Positions 1-13,950 of a stretch of DNA of 64,000 nt are shown here, piece after piece (within the stretch, counting starts at the first letter, position 1; every line of letters begins with the position of its first letter). The stretch is from Octopus vulgaris (lineage: Eukaryota), in NCBI GenBank assembly GCA_951406725.2, contig OX597814.1, forward strand, positions 88,164,001-88,228,000, in the 5' to 3' direction. The notes under the pieces are model-generated. The model was not told where the DNA came from, ran no database searches, and saw only the letters and a list, made by a program, of their open reading frames with translations. The position numbers and the translations under genes were made by a program.

Positions 1-44
1 ATAACTGTTCTAGATTATGGTAATTTTACTATATATCTAAAGCT

Positions 45-255
45 AGCATGCTGGTAGAATTATTAGGACGCCGGGAAAAATGTTTGGCGGCATCTCGTCT
101 GTCTTTACGTTCTGAGTTCATATTCCACTGAGGTCGACTTTGCCTTTTATCCTCACGAGGTCGATAAAATAAGTACCAGTTGAAGACTGGGGTCGATGTA
201 ATCGACTAGCACCTTCCCCCAAAATTAACCTCATGTCAAAATTTGAAACCATTAT
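45..255 (+). mobile_element. tRNA-derived SINE, family A (Nin/Deu-like central domain)
   Basis: GCTGGTAGAAT..TTAG A-box-like head, GAGTTCATATTCC B-box, central GCCTTTTATCCT..GGTCGATAAAATAAGTACCAG motif; about 20 further copies in the window. Confidence 0.75.
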
Positions 256-1059
256 TAATATACATCTAATAAGCTCACTGGTCAAATTTTGTAATTCCAT
301 TTTTAAGGAGACAACTGTAACAGCACTTTGAGCATACTCTACTAAATACTACTTATCACAGCTAACTAGTTTGCTGAATGCTGTCGGGACTTGAAGACAG
401 TTTGGAAACTCATAATGCAATAGTTTTGTGTAAAACTGAGCAGAAATGCCACAAAAATTTATGAAATCTTCCAGACTTCTTATAGATTAACTTGCATGAG
501 CCTAACATATTTTTGCTGCTGGTACACGATGCCAGGCAAATCAAATCCATCGAGAAGCTCATCATGATCCTCCCTTTTCGAAAGAAAGAGCATCATTTTG
601 AGTAAAACATAATGAGATAGGTTGAAGAACGGTACGTATTTAAAATTGTGGGAAAAACTACAACTGAAAGAAAGCACATGAACATTGTAAATTATTGTAA
701 ACAAAAAGAAGAAATAATGTAAACTGAATTGATGAACAAACAAGTATTTAAAATTTAAAAAAAAAAAAGTTACCTTTTTGTTGAAAAAAGAACACATATG
801 AACGTTCATTTTAAAGGCAGGAAATGAAAGGAAAGGTCACGGTTTCGCATTGTAGCGAAACTAGAGGTGGTTTTAAGTTTAGTTGTAAAGTGTATTTGTA
901 AAGTTAACTGTAAGGTTTAATCGTAAAGTTTATTTGTAAAGTTTAATTGTAAAGGTATTCACGGTTTGTCTCACAGTGGGGGCGAGATGGCAGTCTCATT
1001 TACATCATAATTATGTTCATTTCATTATCATTTTCCATTCGTCTTTATGTCCCTGCATG

Positions 1060-1565
1060 TCAGTTGTATGTCCCCTCTGTATTCAGGCCTTGTGCCTATA
1101 ATAAAGAGAAAGGGCATCACTTACATCCACCTGGTCCCCTCTCACCAGACGGTCGACAAAAAGTGCTTTTTGGTAGCTTTGAGGGAATTCAGGAAGAGAT
1201 TTCGTCGCAAAAAGCCAGTACACCAGCACCAGGACAATGTACCTGGCCGTACTTTGATCCCGGTAACTAATTACTTGACAGAGGTGGGCATCAAAACAGT
1301 CCTGACTTTGTTTCCTGTGACTTTTGGTTGTTTCCCAAGCTGGAGGAGAACCTCGGGAACAGTCGTTTTGAAGATATTGGGGAAATGAGGAGGTTGTGAC
1401 AAGGCTCCTGTACACATCCATTTCGGAGGACAACCTTGGGTGCCTTCACGAAATAGCTGGAGCACTACAAGCAGTGCACTGAAGTCAGAGGATCGTACTT
1501 TGAAGGATATTAGTTTTGTACTTCTTTGAAATTAATAACCTCAAAATTCTGGAATGTGCTTGTAT
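1060..1565 (+). pseudogene. Decayed mariner transposase 3' fragment
   Basis: ORF 1047-1388 has KGITYIHLVPSHQTVDK...HQDNVP (mariner second-D region); C-terminal KQCT..YFEG-like remnant near 1470-1510. Confidence 0.6.
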
Positions 1566-2702
1566 AGCTTAATGCTATGCCTGGACGTATTTTAAGAACG
1601 TATTTTGTAATAAATTTCAAAAGAACATTATTTCGACGATGAGTGTTGCATGTCTTTCGAAGCCTCTGCATTTATAGATCTGCATTCAATTGTTCTTCAA
1701 GAGCTTTGATGCAAAATGAATGACTGAGTTTCTATAGAAAACGTCCGTTTTCTTTATTTGCCCATTTGTTTATTTAGATGTGTCTTGTCCATGCTTAAAC
1801 TTTGACTTTGAATTCCGCCCTAACATCTAGGACAGTGCTGACGTTACACACACACATACACACGCACACACACACACACACACACATATATATAAACACA
1901 CACACACACATCCTATGGCCAAGAGTATGCCGTGTTCAAAAACAATATTCCTAGAACTTGTAATTAGAAAACCACGGTGATCCGTCTATTTGTTTACTTA
2001 TTTCAGTTTATAACTACACGACTTTCCTACGCCTCAAAACATGCAGAGGGCCTTATAAGCTGATGGCATCACATACTCACTATTCTGCTCACACAAGCAC
2101 AGCTAATCCGGTGGAGCATCAATCAGTAAGAAACTTGGCTCCAACAACCTTAGAATAATAGCGACCAAATTTATGGTTTAGTAAATAATCAATTTTTAGA
2201 CTCCAAGAGTGCTGTAAAGCATACTTAATCTTTGGTTTGGATTCACAACTGTACTAATTCCACTTTTCTTACATTCAAAATATAAATGGAAAACGCATGA
2301 ATACTACATCGGTTCATTTCCTTTCCATCACACACATTTTGAACTCTTCGAAATCTGCAGCTATTCTAAATTAATTTTATTAAGTCGATAAATTCCTTCC
2401 CAACAGAATTTAGTTTTATTATGACAAATGTTCTGTTGCAGAAGATTTAACCATTTTTTAAAACCATTCCTGTCAATTTCAATAACACACAATGGGAGCT
2501 TTGAAGCTCGGTCTATTTCATTCACAGACTGTCGAACTATTTGGAGCTTTGCCAACGGAGTTATAGAGGTCACATATTAAGCGTTTATATGTCCGTTTAT
2601 ATAAAATGAAAATTTATTGGTTTTGTATGGCTGAAATATTAATGTTATTGAATAATGCAGTTGGCTATGCTAGTGTCAAATAGACGCACTACAGTAAATT
2701 GC

Positions 2703-2771
<69 letters not shown>

Positions 2772-3724
2772 ATACACAAAACGTAACAAACAATTGAGCT
2801 AACAGACTATACTGAGGATATTCTATCTATAAAGAAAGGTAGGTAAGAACAACATTAATTGTTTCAATGTTAGCACCATAAACTCTACCATTTATAAGCA
2901 TGAATAACATACACCCTTAATAAAACTTGAATAAAACACGCATACATATGTATTTACACACATGCATAGATTCATAAATGCATCATCTATTGCCAGACAT
3001 TCAAGTCAATAACATAACTACTCGCATTGGTAAGTATTCGTTTTCGAGTGATGCACTTAATTGACTTATACACGTAACCAGTAGGGACTAACTTTTCCGT
3101 GTGCACTCATGCGAGCGATTACGCTAGTTATTTAAAACAAACGTATTACAAAAGACCATCCAACCATGTGATATCTATTTACAATAGAAGTAATTGGACC
3201 ATTAAGAGTTAAGTACGTTGGCAACGAGCCTGTTATAAAGCCTATGGTTGAATTGGGCCGGTGATTTACCGATACCGTATTAACTCGCATGTACAACTAA
3301 TAATTTCTAAAATAGCAACAAGCTCAGAAATGTTGATATAGGAAATAACATATTGATGCCAATACGCCAAAATTTTGATTGGAACTTAATTTTTTTTTAT
3401 TCTATCCATTCCGAACGGGCAACAAATTTAACCATGACGAATGTAAATCCAGAGAGTAATTAGCTGGAACAAACACTGCATATGTCAATTGTTCTGGCTC
3501 TTTGCGATTATACATATACAAATGATGACATACAAATTATTATCGAGAATTAGACCGTTAGACAACACATACCGACAAAATTCCTTCCACACACCATTAT
3601 TATTATAAGAATAAATCTAAAAGCAAAACCAAAATCTAAAAACAAAAAAGCCTTCATTAAATGTATTCTTTAATTACCTCGGACAGAGTAGCATATTTTT
3701 GAGTGAAACTGTGGAAGTCCATAA

Positions 3725-3866
3725 TGTATGTATGTATGTATGTATGTATGTATGTATGTATGTATGTATGTATGTATCTATGTATGCATGCAATCATGCA
3801 TGCATGTATGTATGTATGTATGTATGTATGTATGTATGTATATATGTATGTATGTATGTATGTATG
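3725..3866. repeat. (TATG)n microsatellite
   Basis: Direct tetranucleotide tandem repeat; source of the spurious CMYV ORFs. Confidence 0.95.
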
Positions 3867-3914
3867 TCATTATGCAGTTTTATTTTATTTTAAGATTTCT
3901 TGCCTATAGAGAAA

Positions 3915-4810
3915 GAACCAGTTTCTAATCCTGATCCAAGGCTCATTCAATGGAATTTCAACAACATCAATAGGATATTTTTTGCATGTATGTGTAGTTG
4001 GTGTCTGTTCACGTGCAGATTTGTATGCTTTGTTTTATGTATGTATTCTCATGCATATAGTTATATGTCTAGACATGCGCATATATACTTAAATAATAAA
4101 ACTCTGGAAAGTTTTGCAAAAGGCTTGGATCTGTAGTTTTCGATTCAGCTTTCTCCTTTCTGGTTTTGAGAAACCTAATTTCTCGAGATTGATACTTAGG
4201 TAGTGTTACGTACCCCAGTATCTCAATAATTACAGGTACAAACCTGAACTTGTAATCTGGATAGAGTAACTGTAGATTTCTCAATAGTTCAGCATAGGTA
4301 TTTCTTTTCCCCTGATCTTTAGCTTTATGTTAACATCTGTTGGGCATTTGATTTCTACTACTATTTACAGTTTCTCTTCTCTATTTATATTTTTATGTCA
4401 AGTCTATTATGTTTACATTTTATTCAGGTTTTCACTAGGGCATTCCACCAACAACCCTTAATATTATGAGTGGTTATGGTCTCTACCATACTGTGGGTTC
4501 GTATTTCTTTGGCCTCATGGTTATCCTTCCGACGGAACTCATTATTGTTTCCTGGCTACAGCATCATGTCCCATCGGTAGATGATACCACGATGACATTT
4601 TTGAACAACTGCTTATGATGTAGGTGATATCTTCGGTGTTTTAAGCCCACAGAGTCTGCATCGTTTATCACACTTTGGTGTTTTTCCTGCGTTTGTGTCT
4701 CTTTTTGTGAATGAGGTATTTGGTTGATATTTCTTGTTCCTGGATTGCAAACGCATACTCTTCAAAGTGGGAATTAGTAATCCGATTGTTGGTCTATGAA
4801 AGACTGCCTT
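3915..4810 (-). mobile_element. 3' fragment of a non-LTR retrotransposon with restriction-like endonuclease (R4/Dong-like)
   Basis: Minus strand reads SHFEEYAFAIQEQEIST, CDKRCRLCG (zinc knuckle), HDAV and LRNLQLLYPDYKFRFVPVIIEILGYV (RLE C-terminus), with frameshifts. Confidence 0.65.
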
Positions 4811-4836
4811 GATGATGTATGTGTGTATGTACGTAC

Positions 4837-4867
<31 letters not shown>

Positions 4868-5369
4868 TGTATGTATGTATGTATGTATGTATGATGTATG
4901 TATGTATCTAGTATATATGTATGCAGTATGTGTACGTGCGTGTGTATATATCCCGTTTCATTCACAAGGGGTGGATCGACCCAAGGTCACAGAAAGTAAC
5001 ATTTGCTCAAGATGCCACGCAGCTGGATCGAATCCTGGACCTCGTGGTTGTGAAGTAAACTCCTTAACATACTCAGTTCCGATATGTTTTCGCCTACATG
5101 TAATTATGCATATGAATGTGCGTATGTGCGAGTATGTTCGTGTATATGTGTGTATGCCTTTATTTATGTGTACCTATCTAACTTGTTGTGTTGCATCCTT
5201 TTACATCAAGAATTATGAAGCAGCCCTTTGTTATACAGGTAGATATCAAATAAGTATCATACTAAAATAAATATATATGATTAAGCAAAACACTGCATGT
5301 CGATGCTCCAGTAAGGCAAGCAGTTTAATGACTGAAGTCATGAGAAAAATAAGATAATACATTCATTAT

Positions 5370-5980
5370 TGGCTTCAAATTTTGGCTTAAGGCCAGCAAG
5401 TTCGGAGGATGGGATAAGTCGATTACATCGACCCCAGTTCTCAACTAGTACTTATTTTATCGATCCAGAAAGGATGAAAGGTAAAGTCGACTCGGCGGCA
5501 TTTGAACTTGGAACGTAAAGACGGACGAAATGCTGCAAGGCGTGTTAAAAATTATGTCAGCTTTAATTAAAGTGTTACATCGAATGTAGTATTCAAGGCG
5601 GCGAGCTGGCAGAAACGTTAGCATGCCGGGCGAAATGCTTAGCAGTATTTCGTCTGCCGCTACGTTCTGAGTTCAAATTCCGCTGAAGTCGACTTTGCCT
5701 TTCATCCTTTCGGGGCCGATTAAATAAGTACCAGTTACGCACTGGGGTCGATATAATCGACTTAATCCGTTTGTCCTCTCTGTGTTTAGCCCCTTGTGGG
5801 TAGTAAAGAAATAGGTACTTCCTCCGTCTTTTCGTTCTAATTTCAAACGCTGCCGGGGTCGACTTTGCCTTTCATTATTTCGGGGTCAGTAAAATAAGTA
5901 CCAGTTGAGAACTGGGGCCAATGCAATCGGCTTACCCCTCCCGCTTAATTGCTGGCCTTGTACCAAAATTTGAAGCAATT
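5370..5980. mobile_element. Cluster of family A SINEs (one minus copy, two nested plus copies)
   Basis: GGCGGCGAGCTGGCAGAAACGTTAGC head at 5597; repeated GCCTTTCATCCTTTCGGGG..AAATAAGTACCAG core. Confidence 0.8.
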
Positions 5981-6786
5981 ATTGCACTTTAATATGCGAA
6001 ATATAATCCTCTGAAAAATAACCTACATTTCTTAATATAATGTGTAATACTGGTGTCTTTTATGGAAATTTTGGAATTAAATACACTCCACTATCGAGAT
6101 AGGGGAGTGGAATGCGTTTCTTCTCTCAGTGTCTCTTAAATATCATTGGAAGAGATACGAATGTTTGCAAGTACAGAAAGTCAGCTACAGATACATCTGG
6201 TAGCTATTTCTCTCCACCCATAACTCCTAAATAATTACAAATAAGGCGGAGCTTTAAGAAAAGAAGACTAAAAGAAACTCCAGTCATATATAACATATCT
6301 TTACATCAAATTTATGGAAGACACTAATATATCATGGCAACCGTTGAAAATTCGGTGAATAAGAAACATTCTAGAAATAGAGTCGAAACAGAATGATGAT
6401 AGCTAGGATAATTTCTTGGATAAAGGAAAATTGAGAGCCAGCATAAACTTAGTGTAAAAAAAATATTCAGTTAAAGCACATTGTTTTCCGTTTGATCTTA
6501 CACACATAAATACATTCGTTATTAACGATACATAGCGCATGTAGGTGTGAAAGAAAAAAATTAATCACACAGTTACATGTGTGAGTATGTGTGTTCGTGT
6601 GTGTGTATTAGCGTCTGTTTGTGATATTTGTGTGTATGCATTGGAGCATTGAGTTAGCTAACATTTGGAGTAATTCTGATTCCTTATACATTGACCTCAA
6701 ATTCAAGGGATATGGAGATGATTTTGTAGCATAATATATGAGCACTTCAGTTGGAAAAATAATGAAAAATAGATAACACACACACG

Positions 6787-6843
<57 letters not shown>

Positions 6844-7239
6844 CCACGTGCATATGTCTGTCTGTCTGCATGTAAATATGTATGTATATCATCTATCTAT
6901 TTACATACATAAACACATACATACATATATATATATATATAAACACACACACGTACACACACACATACACACACACACACATATGTATATATAGGATCTT
7001 TACCTTTTGACCGACAGATTTAAAAAATAATTTTTTGTAACTAAACACTTTCAAACTTCGGACATTGGTAGAATGTGTCATATAAAACATCTTTTACTCT
7101 TAGCGGTTTTGAGAAAAACTTATATTTACAAAGTTATTTCACGTTAAAATTGTCGTATTTCGGTAATTTCAGCCAATCAATGACGTGTATTCAGCCGAAT
7201 AAAATTACTGCTATCGTTTGTCAACAAGAACTTCCAGCG

Positions 7240-8560
7240 ACTTCTCGGCATTGATCTAAGCCCCTGCAACCGATTCATGTTCTTCTAGAATAGAGCTGAC
7301 CGTCTCCACATCGGAGGCGTCCGACACCATGACGGTGACGTCGCCCGTGTTTGCAAACATTGTTCCTCCGATGCCCCTCAATTGTTCCAACTTCCACAGC
7401 AGTGGCTCGAGAGCTAGCACGTACAGAAAGGTTCCGCTAGCTGGCCATTTACTTTGACCACCGAGCAGGTGCCACTGTGCATTGCAGTGATTCAGCCCCT
7501 GAAAACGGGTCCGAAACTAACCGCTTTAAGGACGGATTCCAGGTAACGATGGTCAACTTAATCGAATGCTTTTGATTGATACAAATTGATCAGTGCCCCA
7601 CCGAAGCCAGCTTTAGTCCCAGTCCTCTATATGATGTATTGCATAAGGTGGAGGCTGTTGTGGATAGATAAAATTTGGAATTGCACACTAGACTAGCAAT
7701 GACAAGAGCCAACCTTTTCGCTAGCACCTTCGCTAAAATCTTAAACTCAGTGTTTAGTAGAGTTATGGGCCGAAAACTTTTTAGTATGTCCCCATTGCCG
7801 GCGTCCTTCTTCAACAGTGTCACCGCAACCCAACTAACAGCACTGAGAATTCTCCCGTTCTGTTGCTAGTTGCGGCCAAATAGTCTGGCACGAATACATA
7901 GAATTCATAGGGTAGACCATCTAAACCTGGCAATTTGCGACTTGTGCAATCGCTCATCGTCTCTCGTATTTCAGTGGCCATTATCGGCTTTTCGCAGAAC
8001 CTCGCATCTGCTGCTGAGAGATGCGGCAAGCCATCTAGGTACGAACTAAAGTCCGCTACCGTCACTGACCCATCGCCCCTTCCAAACAGCTGCATGAAGT
8101 GCTGCTGAAAAGCCGCACACATCTGCTGAGAACCATGTAGCACGCACCCGTCCCGATCTGTCAAAGACACGATTGTAGCTTTGTTGCCACGTTGCGTCTC
8201 CACCGTTCGAGCCCATCTGACAGCTCATGTTTTAGCGGACGGGTCTTATCTCTGACAACGCAACCTTCGTGTTTGCCTCAAAGAAAATGACAAGATCCAT
8301 TCTCACTGCTAACAGGTCAGTCGCGATGCCTTTACTAATCGCCTCTTCTAGTTTGCCAACTCGCTCTCCCTCTCATCTCTTTCTTTCCATTGCTAAGTCT
8401 TTGCTAAACTCTATTGGTTCTGCTCTAATCGCCCTCTTCAGGGTTATCCACCACCGGTTGTTAACGATTGCCCCCATCAATTGCCGCTTAACTAGTTCAC
8501 TAATCCGGTCCCTATAGTCTTTGCGCGCCAGAAAGGACGCGTTCAACTTCCACTAACTGG
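7240..8560 (-). mobile_element. L1/Tx1-clade LINE fragment (linker plus N-terminal RT)
   Basis: ORFs 7820-8203 (KLPGLDGLPYEFY) and 7590-7823 (FRPITLLNTEFKILAKVLAKRL); downstream LYVLALEPL and DVTV motifs. Confidence 0.8.
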
Positions 8561-8810
8561 GTCCCTGTCTGCGCATCATATTTAAATCGATTGTGCAGAT
8601 AACAAATTTGCAGTCTATGCAGCCGACCAATTTGAATGCAAAATGCAAAACAATTATTACGCAAAATGATACCCCAACGATCAAGACAATGTAAGTAAAA
8701 TACTTCTTAACCAGCCGAAATGCTTGATTAAACACTTACAAATTACGGATGTCCAACATGTATGACTTCACAGCCTAACGGCCATAATAATAACGATGAT
8801 GATGAGGATG

Positions 8811-8869
<59 letters not shown>

Positions 8870-8872
<3 letters not shown>

Positions 8873-9212
8873 CCTCTGCCAATGCAACACCAACGTTCTC
8901 TCAACGATTAGCCAGAGATGATTCTTAAAATGAGGATATCTGAAATAAACTCGACTGCTCTCACAAACGAGAATACTAAAAATGAACCGGATCGCTCTCA
9001 AAAATTAAGTAAAAAAAGGCAGGGGAAAAGTAATCCAGAATCCTTGTCCAGTACCGGATCTATTCCCAAATCTAATCAGTTCGTGCTAATCACAAGGCCA
9101 AACATCTCTGAAAGTTTCATCCAAATCCATCCAGCGGTTCTTGAGAACTATTGTCCAAAGACAAACAAGCACGACTGAAAGAATACCTCCGCCTTCCCTA
9201 AGGCGGAGGTAA
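8870..9212 (+). mobile_element. Putative Helentron/Helitron-type non-autonomous element
   Basis: Terminal GC-rich hairpin ACCTCCGCCTT-CCCT-AAGGCGGAGGT followed by (AAT)n; 5' AACCTCTGCC resembles the hairpin arm. Confidence 0.35.
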
Positions 9213-9221
9213 TAATAATAA

Positions 9222-10770
9222 TCTTTTATTGACCACAGAGAGCTTACATCAAGAATAACATTTTGGACAGAGCAAGACAAAACTTTGAATGTGTGTGTGT
9301 GTGTGTGTATGTGTGCGCATGTGTGTTGTTGTGAGGGGTTTGCGTGTAAACAAGTTTAACGTTAAAAGAATAAAAACAAAACATTTTAACAATGTGTAAT
9401 TTGCAATAGAAAGAAGACGTTCGAAGGTTTCTCATAGAAAGAAACCCATAGAACCATTGGTGCACTGACTTCTGGAGCAGGTGCCTTTTCTCAGTTCTTT
9501 ATATCCAATTTACAGTGTATGCTCAGGGCAAGCCAGTTTACTCGCCACTCTCATCCACCTTTAAAACAAAATGGCTGGAAGGCAACACTTCCCTCTCCAC
9601 ACCCTATTTTCCTCTTCAAATGAAACTTGAAGTTTATGAGGAACTGGCCAAAGAGGAAAGTGTTTGTCTTCAGCCCCTTCAATCTCGTTCACCATACAAC
9701 CTCTTTCGCCATGGCCTCCGAGCATGCAAAACTGTTTGCCCTTCCCGGTTAAAAGAAGACGGCGGGTGATCTTCACGATGGATCCACTTGACAACCTGAT
9801 TCATCCTACACGCAACAGCACGAGTTCGACATGAAGTTACGGGTCAGCAATACTTGAGCACTGGATGAGTGCATGCAGGACGGTTTCACCGACCTACACG
9901 CATTTCGAACATGCTCGGTTGACAGTATTTTCGTGCCTGTAGAGTAAAACTCCCCGGTAACACTGCAAGACCAGGGATTTCTGGAAGTTATCCATCGGTC
10001 TTGAGTCGAAAGTTCTCCGGAAGAGAGCGGCTAGCTGATTGTCTTCGTCGCCCAAGTTCTCCCCAAGAACGTGATCGCATCTTGCCGCCACTAACCCTCT
10101 AAGAACGCTAGAGTGGAGTTTCTCCTTATGTCTGACTGATTGAGGGTTGTGAGCGCTTGAAGATATCCCGCTTTTCAAATGCCTTCTCTCGGGCTCTGTT
10201 TGACCCAGGATTGTAGCTCCGTTGAGGAGACCAGCTGGGAAAACACGTGTCTAGCGAACGGCGACCACACCAGTTCACTGTTAAGGAAGCGCTGGAAGTG
10301 CCATAGCCTTAGCGCATGTTTACACATCATCAGCCACGGCATCACGCAGCGGGTGTTAACAGCAGATAGACACCCTGACCATCGGAACACCTCCCGTCCA
10401 TAAGAAAGGAGACTGTATACGCTCCAATGCAATCAGACGGGAACCGAAACAAATCACGGTGGTCAGGCACGACGAACGTAATGCATGCGTTAGCCACCTC
10501 TACCCGACTTTTCAGGGATAGCTTTCTCTCAGGACATTTTTGAGTGAAAGTAGTTACCCTGCTTGTTACCTCGTCCTAGTTTTTGTCTCTCTGAAGGTCC
10601 GGACTGAATCAAAGCCCAAGGAATTTAACTGGTCTGTCCGTCCATTGCCCAACGATACAGTTGGACGACATGGACTTGCCTCTCCAGGTGTCGAGCTGCA
10701 AGCTCACTGACTTTACCTGGTTAATTTTTCGCTCCTGGCACCGCCTCGTAGTCCATGAGAGCGGTATGTT
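9222..10770 (-). mobile_element. L1/Tx1-clade LINE fragment (RT C-terminus, zinc finger, 3' UTR)
   Basis: Minus strand RACSKCV..ETVLHALIQC zf-RVT-like motif; 3' AATAAA followed by (ATT)n tail at about 9225. Confidence 0.7.
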
Positions 10771-11023
10771 TTTCTTGATGTAAACCCTTTGTGGTCAATA
10801 AAGACATCAGCATCATCATCATCATCGTCATTGTTATTATTTTTATGAGTGGTGATGGATTGCAGAAACAGTGGAGAGTTAAACTAAATAAATACCATCC
10901 AATATATAGTTGGGATCCTCTGCACTCTGAATCATCGTTAGGCCTCACAAGTTGACCTGAAAAGAAAGACATGTGTGTGCGTGTGTGTGTGTATGTGTGT
11001 GTGTGTCTCTTTCTTTCTTTCTC

Positions 11024-11062
<39 letters not shown>

Positions 11063-11163
11063 CCCCCCTCTTTCTTTTCTACCCTGTTTTGAAAACATTG
11101 CAAGTGAAAAGTTTCAACCGTCTCTGCGAACCGGTTATTACAGGAAGGAAAATATACTCACAA

Positions 11164-11238
<75 letters not shown>

Positions 11239-11250
11239 TATAATAATAAA
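11164..11250. repeat. (AAT)n microsatellite
   Basis: Direct trinucleotide repeat. Confidence 0.95.
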
Positions 11251-12039
11251 TCACATTTTTCCAATATGTGTGAAAGATACATTTAGAACATTTCTAGGCA
11301 GTTGACATTTTCCCTTAAAATAATAGAACAGTTAGCTTTGGTTATTTTCTTTAAATTCAAGTGTACCACAACTTGTAGATTATCTTACTTGTCAACTGTC
11401 AAGAAAGAAAACTAAATTTTCTGAAACTTACTGTGTAATATCAGACTGAGGGAAGGATACTTATCACTTATGTCCTTTTACGTATAACCATGTGTGCATG
11501 TGTATATTTATATATGTGTAGAGAAAGAAAATAGTCTTCAATATTGAAAATAGAATTGCGCATTATATTTATTGAAATCTAGAGTTTCATATTCTTTCAT
11601 TCTTTTCTTCTTCTTTTCTCCCCTTGCTCTCTTTTACTTCTCTAGACAATTTCCATTCCCTTCACTTATTTTGTATATAACGATTATATTCATAACCAAT
11701 AAGATTCGTTTTGTTTCAATCTTATGCAGTGAAAACATGTTAAGATATGCAAACCTCTCCAGTATATGATTTTCATATATCTTTCCGACGTTACGTTTTC
11801 ATATATGTCGGAAAGTCAGAAATGAGAAACTTGGAGCAACGATTTGTGAAGTTTCAACACTCAAGTAGATATAATACACAGTTCCACTATCAGTACTGAG
11901 TAGACATTTTACTCTCCATGTTTCATGCACAGGTATTTACACATACTATAACCCTTTATATAGTTGGGTACTGCTTACTGATAGCTAACAGCCTGCTGAA
12001 TGTGGAACAGCACGCATTCATTTTTTTCTACCCAAAGTA

Positions 12040-12712
12040 TATTTATTCTTTCTAGAATGTATTAAATGAAATTCTGAATCGAAAATTTAGAAAACTTTAT
12101 AAGAACGAGATGGCGGACTTATTTGTTCGACAGAGATGTGTCAGAAATTCAGCAGAATATTGTGAATTCAAATATAGAAAAACATACCCCAGTAAAAGAA
12201 AAAAGAACCCGATCCATTTAAAACAGCTCTTTTTAATCTAGTAAAATGGGTAGAATTCAGGAACGTATACAACATCTCTCAATGTTCTGTAGATAAGAAT
12301 TTAACATCTTTAATCCTAAGAATATGTGTGCATTTTCGGATAAGACCCAAACCAACCACAATACCGGGAAAAAATATACAAACCGGACTATTATGTAATA
12401 ACATTACATTTACAAAATCCTGGCATCAGTACAGATAACTCTATAAACCTAACTTACCATCCACACCATATATAACTCTCAAAAATCACAAACCTAATTT
12501 TTCTAGTAACCACAAATATAGGTGAATCAGCCATGTAAATGCGATTTAGGAATAGCTAGAAAACATGTTGGATTCAATTACACTTAGATTTTAAAAAATC
12601 TTAGAGTCTTTCCAATATGAATCAATAATATGTGAATAGTAGAATAGTTCAGAAGTATGAACAACAAAGAACACAGGAAATTTACCAGTTTGATATTATT
12701 GATAATATTCCA
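12040..12712 (+). pseudogene. Decayed Penelope-like element (PLE) reverse transcriptase fragment
   Basis: Manual translation across stops and frameshifts: LENFI.RTRWRTYLF, FKYRKT.P, PYITLKNHKPNFSSNHKYR*I.PCKCDLGIARKH, QFDIID; resembles the TLKDHK.NF...RLINP.K..G..SK...FDI.D.YP signature of PLE RTs. Confidence 0.65.
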
Positions 12713-13870
12713 TAACGGAAGCCTTTGATAGTATTGTACCTATAAGTGGATCTGATATTAAATAATTGTTTGTAAAGAAATACATTTGATTATTTGATAA
12801 TTCATCCTGGGTCGAAAGCAAAACGGGGATGAATTGTTTAAAGTTTTGGAATAGCTTTGATCATAGGTCTCATCGGTCAAAGTAATCTGCAGTTCAGCAA
12901 AACAACAGCAGCAGTAGCAATAACTCCTCTACTGCCAATAAGTATTGAGTCCAGTCAAAATAAACTAATGATTAAGCGTACATATACAAAGGTTGCAGAG
13001 TCGTTATCAAGCTACAGGTGAAATCATATCGAACAGAATTTGAACTAATACAGCTCAAAACGTCTAACAATTAGTCTTCATTTTATAATGGAGACAATTA
13101 ATGTATATGTTTTTGCAGAAATACGATGGACTAGTTCAGTTATTGAGTGACTAATCTCTCTGTTAAAAGATGTAAATTCTTTATCTAATGACTATATGAA
13201 AAAGCTAGAAACTAATCTGATAGATTCCACCTTTTCTGCTTATGGAATTTTTGTTTTTAAATGCAGTGTAATCACATTGTTTACTTTGCATAGTAACGCT
13301 AAAAATTTGATGTTTATCAAATGTGGTGTACATCACATTTAAAACAACACTGTGAAAAGCATAATCATTTAAATAAATAAAGCACAGACGCTGGCGCCAC
13401 ATAAAAAGCACATGTGATGGTGCTACACATCTACTACAAGCAGGAGTAGTTGGTGTTAGGAAAGTCATCAAGCCGTAGAAACCAGGCCAAAATAGACTAT
13501 GGAACCTGATGCGACCCCTTGCTTTACCAGTTCCTGTCAAGCCGTCCAACCCATGCCATCATGGAAAACGGACGTTGACTGGTAATGATAATGATGATAA
13601 TATATATGTGTGTATGTGTGAGTAGGGGGCAACTAATGAAGGGATTGTTCTTTATGTTGCCTGTCCTGTTTCTCTTTGTTTCTTTCGTTGCTCGGAAAAA
13701 AGTTCTTTTTCCATGTTTTTGTTTTTACCTGTTTTCGTTTTTCATGTTGTTCACGTTTTTTTTTACGTTCTGTACCCATATATGCATGTGTATATGCATA
13801 TATATGTAGGTATGTACGTATATGTATGTATATATGCATATATATATAAAGGAGATGAAGAAAAGAATTA

Positions 13871-13950
13871 GCTTACAGCTGCTTCCGCTATAAGATGCAA
13901 TTGATTCATAGCTGAGTACCTGAGTAACACTTTACGGCCTCATCAGACCC
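13871..13950 (-). ncRNA. Degenerate hammerhead ribozyme remnant
   Basis: Reverse complement: CTGATGA-GGCCGTAAAG...CTTATAGCG-GAAG-CAGCTG-TA; palindromic stem III; A15.1 mutated and stem I weak. Confidence 0.4.

Noticed and set aside
480-809. Possible host exon (also ORF 2361-2573)
   Set aside because: No recognisable domain, no convincing splice context, and adjacent to transposon relics.
5597-5980. CRISPR-like repeat array
   Set aside because: Dispersed, diverged SINE copies without regular spacers, in eukaryotic DNA.
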